NCBI GenBank assembly: GCA_963745035.1
Contig: CAVUVW010000013.1
Coordinates: 1,248,001 to 1,312,000, forward strand
DNA from: an uncultured delta proteobacterium
GTDB lineage: Bacteria; Desulfobacterota; Binatia; UBA9968
DNA: 64,000 bases
Reading direction: 5' to 3'
Under the pieces are notes generated by a model. The model searched no databases. It was given only the letters and a program-made list of their open reading frames with translations, and was not told where the DNA came from. Position 1 is the stretch's first letter; every line of letters begins with the position of its first letter. The translations under genes and the position numbers were made by a program. Shown piece after piece: positions 59,881 through 64,000 of this stretch.

Positions 59881-61515
59881 CTACGGTTTGAATCCCACCA
59901 CCAGATGGGCGCGATGGGATTCGGGGAACGCTTCGCCTTCGCACTTCAGCGTGACGATGTAGGTGCCCGCGGTGGGAATCGCCTCGGGCGCAATGGTTGC
60001 CTTGAGCTCGTCCTTGGAGACGAAGCTCGTCGGCAGCGGCCGGCCGTTCAACATGACTTGATGAAACGGCCACATGCCGCCCTCGCCGCGCACCCGCAAC
60101 GTCGTCGGTCCGGAGCCTTCGATCAAAAACAGCGGCGAGATTTGCAGGTCGAGCGGCAGGCTCTGAAACGAATAGAAAGATGCAATCGGATTCTTGTACT
60201 TGGTAAATCCGTGATTGATGACTTTGCCGTCCATGACCACCATCTTGACGTTCTGGGTCATCCAGATGTCCTGCAGCGGGTCGCCTTCGACGATCGAGAG
60301 ATCCGCGACTTTGCCGGGCTCGACGCTGCCGTAATCTTTGTCTTTCTTGAACGTCCGGGCGACGTTGAGCGTCGCCGCTTGAATCGCCTTCATCGGCGTC
60401 ACGCCGGCCTCAACGTCCATCGCCAGTGCCTGATGCATCAGCAGCGCCGCCATGCCGCGCGGCGGATCGGAGCCTTCTTTGAGAATGCCGCCGGCCTCGA
60501 CAAAGCGCCGGATGAACTCCTTGGCTTTTTGGTAGCCGACTTTCGCCTGATCGAGCTGCGCCGGCGTGTAGCGTTTGAGCAGTTTCTCATAGGAGTTGTC
60601 GGTGACGACGCGCACCGCCGGCGGCAAGTCGGCATCGGCATTATTGACGATCTGATTTTCCCGCTCTCTGAAGCGCTCCTTATTTGCGGCCAGGGGTCGC
60701 AGCCACTTGGCGATCGTCGGAGTCCATGCAACCTGGTGTTCGACCATCGCGCCGATCACCGAATCGAAATTTTCAGTCTGATAGTACGCGCCGGCAAGCT
60801 CCTGATCGATCACGCCGCCGAGCCGGTCCTGCGCCAGCTTGCGCCGCGCCGGAGCATAAGGGATCGAGCTGTAGCCCACCGACCAAATATGTTCGATGGA
60901 GTCCACGCCGCAGTTCGCATGGCCGACGACGTCCCAACTATGGGCGGCGACTGGCATGCCGAGTGCGTGCGCTTCGTCGACGGCAACCTTCGCCAGATCC
61001 AGCGACAGAAACTCGTTCATCTTGAGGATCTCACAGCCCAGCTCTTTCTTGCGCTGCACCGCGCGGCGCACTTCATCGGCGTTGGTGACGATGATGTTAT
61101 CGCGCGCGGTACGCGAGCCGAAAGCGTCATGGCCGGTGCTGACCCCACCGATCGCCCGCCCGGACATCCAAATGCGCGGCCCGCGAATCTTGCCAAGCGC
61201 GGTTCCCTGCTTTTGCGCAAGAGTCCATGGACCGTCTTGATAGAGCTCGATGTTGGCGCAGGTGGTGATCCCCAGATGAAGATAAAGCTCGCCATGAAAA
61301 TCCTCGAGGTGTCCGTGCCCGTCGATGAATCCCGGCATCACCGTCTTGCCCGCGACGTCGACCACCTCCGCGTCGGGAGGAACGGCGACGTCGCCGCTTT
61401 TGCCGACACTTTGAAACCGGCCATTCTGTATCACGATCACGCTATTCTCGACCGGCGCGCGGCCGGTACCGTCGACCAATTTTCCGCCTTTTATTACGAG
61501 CATTTTTTCTGCCAC
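59881..61515 (-). CDS. Amidohydrolase family protein with C-terminal IPT/TIG-like domain
   Basis: MPGFIDGHGH, AAHS, SIEH, GSD, GSVEPGKVADL, GDPL; beta-rich tail of about 90 aa. Confidence 0.85.
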   Translation of the reverse strand: MAEKMLVIKGGKLVDGTGRAPVENSVIVIQNGRFQSVGKSGDVAVPPDAEVVDVAGKTVMPGFIDGHGHLEDFHGELYLHLGITTCANIELYQDGPWTLAQKQGTALGKIRGPRIWMSGRAIGGVSTGHDAFGSRTARDNIIVTNADEVRRAVQRKKELGCEILKMNEFLSLDLAKVAVDEAHALGMPVAAHSWDVVGHANCGVDSIEHIWSVGYSSIPYAPARRKLAQDRLGGVIDQELAGAYYQTENFDSVIGAMVEHQVAWTPTIAKWLRPLAANKERFRERENQIVNNADADLPPAVRVVTDNSYEKLLKRYTPAQLDQAKVGYQKAKEFIRRFVEAGGILKEGSDPPRGMAALLMHQALAMDVEAGVTPMKAIQAATLNVARTFKKDKDYGSVEPGKVADLSIVEGDPLQDIWMTQNVKMVVMDGKVINHGFTKYKNPIASFYSFQSLPLDLQISPLFLIEGSGPTTLRVRGEGGMWPFHQVMLNGRPLPTSFVSKDELKATIAPEAIPTAGTYIVTLKCEGEAFPESHRAHLVVGFKP

Positions 61516-61756
61516 GATCTTTCCTTTTTGGATCGCATATTGCACAAAGTCAGCAAGTCAAACAAATCTTCGTGCATGCCGCTACGGCGCCGACAGATAC
61601 TCCAGTCAAAGCCGACCGTCAAGGCGCAACCATGCAATAGGAGTTTCGCGCCGGCGGGAGCACAGAAAACTTTTGTCTATCAAAATGCAGGTCCATGCGG
61701 CAATTGTCCCGCGGTAAATGGGGCCGCGGACTGCGTCTGTTAAGTTTTTTAGCGTT

Positions 61757-61782
61757 TGTCGATTTGTCGTCGCCACAACGAC
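61757..61782 (+). promoter_or_regulatory. ECF42-type promoter (TGTCGA-16-CGAC)
   Basis: Repeated at 63509-63535; both copies precede DGPF genes. Confidence 0.7.
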
Positions 61783-61824
61783 TATGATTATCTGTAGCTA
61801 GATAATCCGGAAAAAGGAGTTTTC

Positions 61825-62200
61825 ATGAGATACCTGTGTTTGATTTATTACGATGAGAAAAATCTGAACACCTTATCGCAAAGCGCGCGACAGGCGTTGT
61901 CTGAAGAATCCTACGCCTACTGCGATTTACTACGGCAAAAGGGTCAATTCATCGCCGCGGAGCCCTTGGAGCCAGTGCACACGGCTACAACCGTCCGGAT
62001 CAAAGCCGGCAAAGCAACTACCACGGACGGACCATTTGCCGAAACCAAAGAGCAGCTCGGCGGTTTTTTCATGATCGACGTGGCCGATCTGAACGAAGCA
62101 ATCAGCGTCGCAGCGAAGATTCCCGGCGGGGCGCATCGGCAGCGTCGAAGTCCGGCCGATCAAAGAAGGCGGCTGCGCCTAGCACGAGAAGTGGCACGTG
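61825..62200 (+). CDS. YciI/DGPF family protein; frameshift near 62130, end approximate
   Basis: [24 protein letters not shown]; shifted tail IGSVEVRP; AAGGAG RBS. Confidence 0.87.
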
Positions 62201-63497
62201 CAAAAAGTCAATTTACCTCGAACCGACAAAAGCGCGGCTTTGCCGACGGCAGAGGATGCCGCGGCGGCAGGCGCGCGTTCGAGTGGAAGCCGTCTACCGC
62301 GCCGAATCGCGGCACGTGCTTGCGACGTTGATCCGGCTTCTCAGAGACTTCGATCTTGCCGAAGACGCGCTGCACGAGGCCTTCACCGCGGCCATGGAAC
62401 AGTGGCCGCGCGACGGCGTGCCGGCCAATCCCCGCGCATGGCTCGTCTCCACCGGCCGCTTCAAGGCGATCGACTCTATGCGCCGGCGCGCCCGCTTCGA
62501 CGCCTCCCTGGCCGAGATCGCCGAGCGGCTGCATGCGGCGACCGGCGATCCTGACGAGTACGATGACGAGAGCGTAAAAGACGACCGGCTGCGCCTGATC
62601 TTTACCTGCTGCCATCCGGCGCTCTCGCCGGACGCCCAGGTAGCGCTCACCTTGCGCGAAGTCTGCGGCCTCACCACCGAAGAAATCGCGCGCGCTTTTC
62701 TCGCTGCGCCGCCCACCTTGGCGCAGCGCATCGTGCGCGCCAAGGCCAAGATTCGCGATGCGCGCATTCCCTATCAGGTGCCGGCGCCGGCCGATTTGCC
62801 GGATCGTTTGGACAGCGTGCTCGAGGTCATCTACCTGGTTTTCAACGAGGGATACTCGGCGTCTTCGGGCGCGTCGCTTACTCGCGCCGATCTCTCCGGC
62901 GAGGCGATCCGCCTGGGCCGGCTCTTGGTCGAGCTGCTGCCGGAACCGGAAGCGACCGGTTTGCTGGCGCTGATGCTGCTGCAAGAGTCGCGGCGCGCGG
63001 CGCGTACTTCGCCGGCGGGCGATCTGATCCTTTTGGAAGACCAGGACCGCTCGCTCTGGAACCGCGACTATATTTCGGAAGGAGTGGCGCTGGTCGAACG
63101 AGCGCTGGCGTCGCGCCGCTTCGGCCCGTACACGATTCAGGCGGCGATCGCCGCCGTGCACGCCGACGCGCCCACCGCTTCGGCGACGGACTGGGCGCAA
63201 ATCGCCGGCCTCTATGACCTGCTCGCGCGCGCCGCGCCGTCGCCGGTGATCGAGCTCAATCGCGCCGTCGCGATCGCGATGCGCGATGGCCCCCTGGCGG
63301 GGCTCGAACTTATCGATGCCATTCTTGCCCGCGGCGAGCTGGCCAACTATCACCTGGCCCACTCGGTGCGCGCGGAGCTCTGCCGCCGTTTGGGCAAAAC
63401 CGCCGAAGCCCGGCTCGCCTACGAGCGCGCCCTGGAGCTCACACGGCAGGCGCCGGAGCGCCGCTTTCTCGAAGGGCGGCTGCGGGAACTAAAATAA
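62198..63497 (+). CDS. ECF sigma factor with C-terminal TPR-like extension (ECF42 type); start approximate
   Basis: [65 protein letters not shown]. Confidence 0.9.
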
Positions 63498-63508
63498 TCC
63501 GGGTACGT

Positions 63509-63535
63509 TGTCGATTTTGGTCTCCGCCGAACGAC
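63509..63535 (+). promoter_or_regulatory. ECF42-type promoter (TGTCGA-17-CGAC)
   Basis: TTGTCGATTT...AACGACTA shared with the site at 61756-61784. Confidence 0.7.
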
Positions 63536-63672
63536 TAGCTAAGTGAGAGCCGAGGGAAGGCGGGCCAAACCAAAAGAGACTCGATCAAATAGTTGAAGCT
63601 TTTCCGTTCGTGCCGAGCGCGTCGAAGCGCTCTTTTCACCTGCTGGACACTATTGGACCGAAAGGAAACGAG

Positions 63673-64000
63673 ATGAAGTTCATTTGCCTGATCTGCGCCG
63701 AGACTGTGATGGAACAAATGCCTAAGACGGATGCCGAGAGACATTTCCAGGAGTATGCCGAGTTCACTCGCGACATCAAAAGGAACGGCCATTTTATCAG
63801 TGCTAATCGGCTCACGCCCTCCGATACCGCGATCACTGTGCGCGTGCGCAACGGCAAAGTATCGACCACCGACGGGCCGTTCGCCGAGACTAAGGAGCAA
63901 TTCGGCGGCTACTACGTGATCGAAGCGCGGGACTTGAACGAGGCCATCCAGGTCGCCGCCAAGATCCCGGGAGCGCGTTTTGGTTGTGTCGAAGTCCGGC
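63673..64000 (+). CDS. YciI/DGPF family protein, truncated by window end (absent from the ORF track)
   Basis: Translates as MKFICLICAE...[21 protein letters not shown]...GCVEVR; AAGGA RBS. Confidence 0.88.
   Translation, partial: MKFICLICAETVMEQMPKTDAERHFQEYAEFTRDIKRNGHFISANRLTPSDTAITVRVRNGKVSTTDGPFAETKEQFGGYYVIEARDLNEAIQVAAKIPGARFGCVEVR

Noticed and set aside
59659-61743. 694-aa plus-strand ORF and other long antisense ORFs (e.g. 41933-43555, 48231-49583, 52634-53872, 13544-14722)
   Set aside because: They lie opposite well-supported genes, have no recognisable motifs, and are expected shadows in GC-rich coding DNA.

Overview
A GC-rich bacterial chromosomal window with no rRNA, tRNA, CRISPR array, prophage or intact transposase that I can see. 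Gene content and the many stand-alone solute-binding proteins suggest Ca. Binatia or a related deltaproteobacterium-like lineage (inference only). Main blocks: (1) 0-12.4 kb, minus-strand sulfate assimilation and siroheme cluster (Rrf2 regulator, sulfite/nitrite reductase with a C-terminal extension, an unknown protein, a CmcJ/NvfI-like oxygenase, APS reductase, SirC/CysG-B, CobA, HemD, CysD, CysNC); (2) 12.6-37 kb, solute-binding proteins interleaved with hydrolases, argJ, a YjgR-like ATPase and small secreted proteins; (3) 37.3-40.4 kb, an intact archaeal-type DNA topoisomerase VI operon (top6B-top6A); (4) 40.6-43.7 kb, histidine kinase / DivK-like receiver / receiver-adenylate cyclase module; (5) 43.7-61.5 kb, a superoxide-reductase-like protein lacking its Cys ligand, a cupredoxin-like protein, an amidase, tex, an M48 protease, two F420-type LLM enzymes, HpaB-like oxygenase, glutathione peroxidase, MlaC; (6) 61.8-64 kb, an ECF42-type sigma factor flanked by two YciI/DGPF genes with matching promoters. 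Many genes carry single-base frameshifts, concentrated at 40.5-50 kb; these are most likely sequencing or assembly indels. All product calls come from motif recognition, not from database searches.
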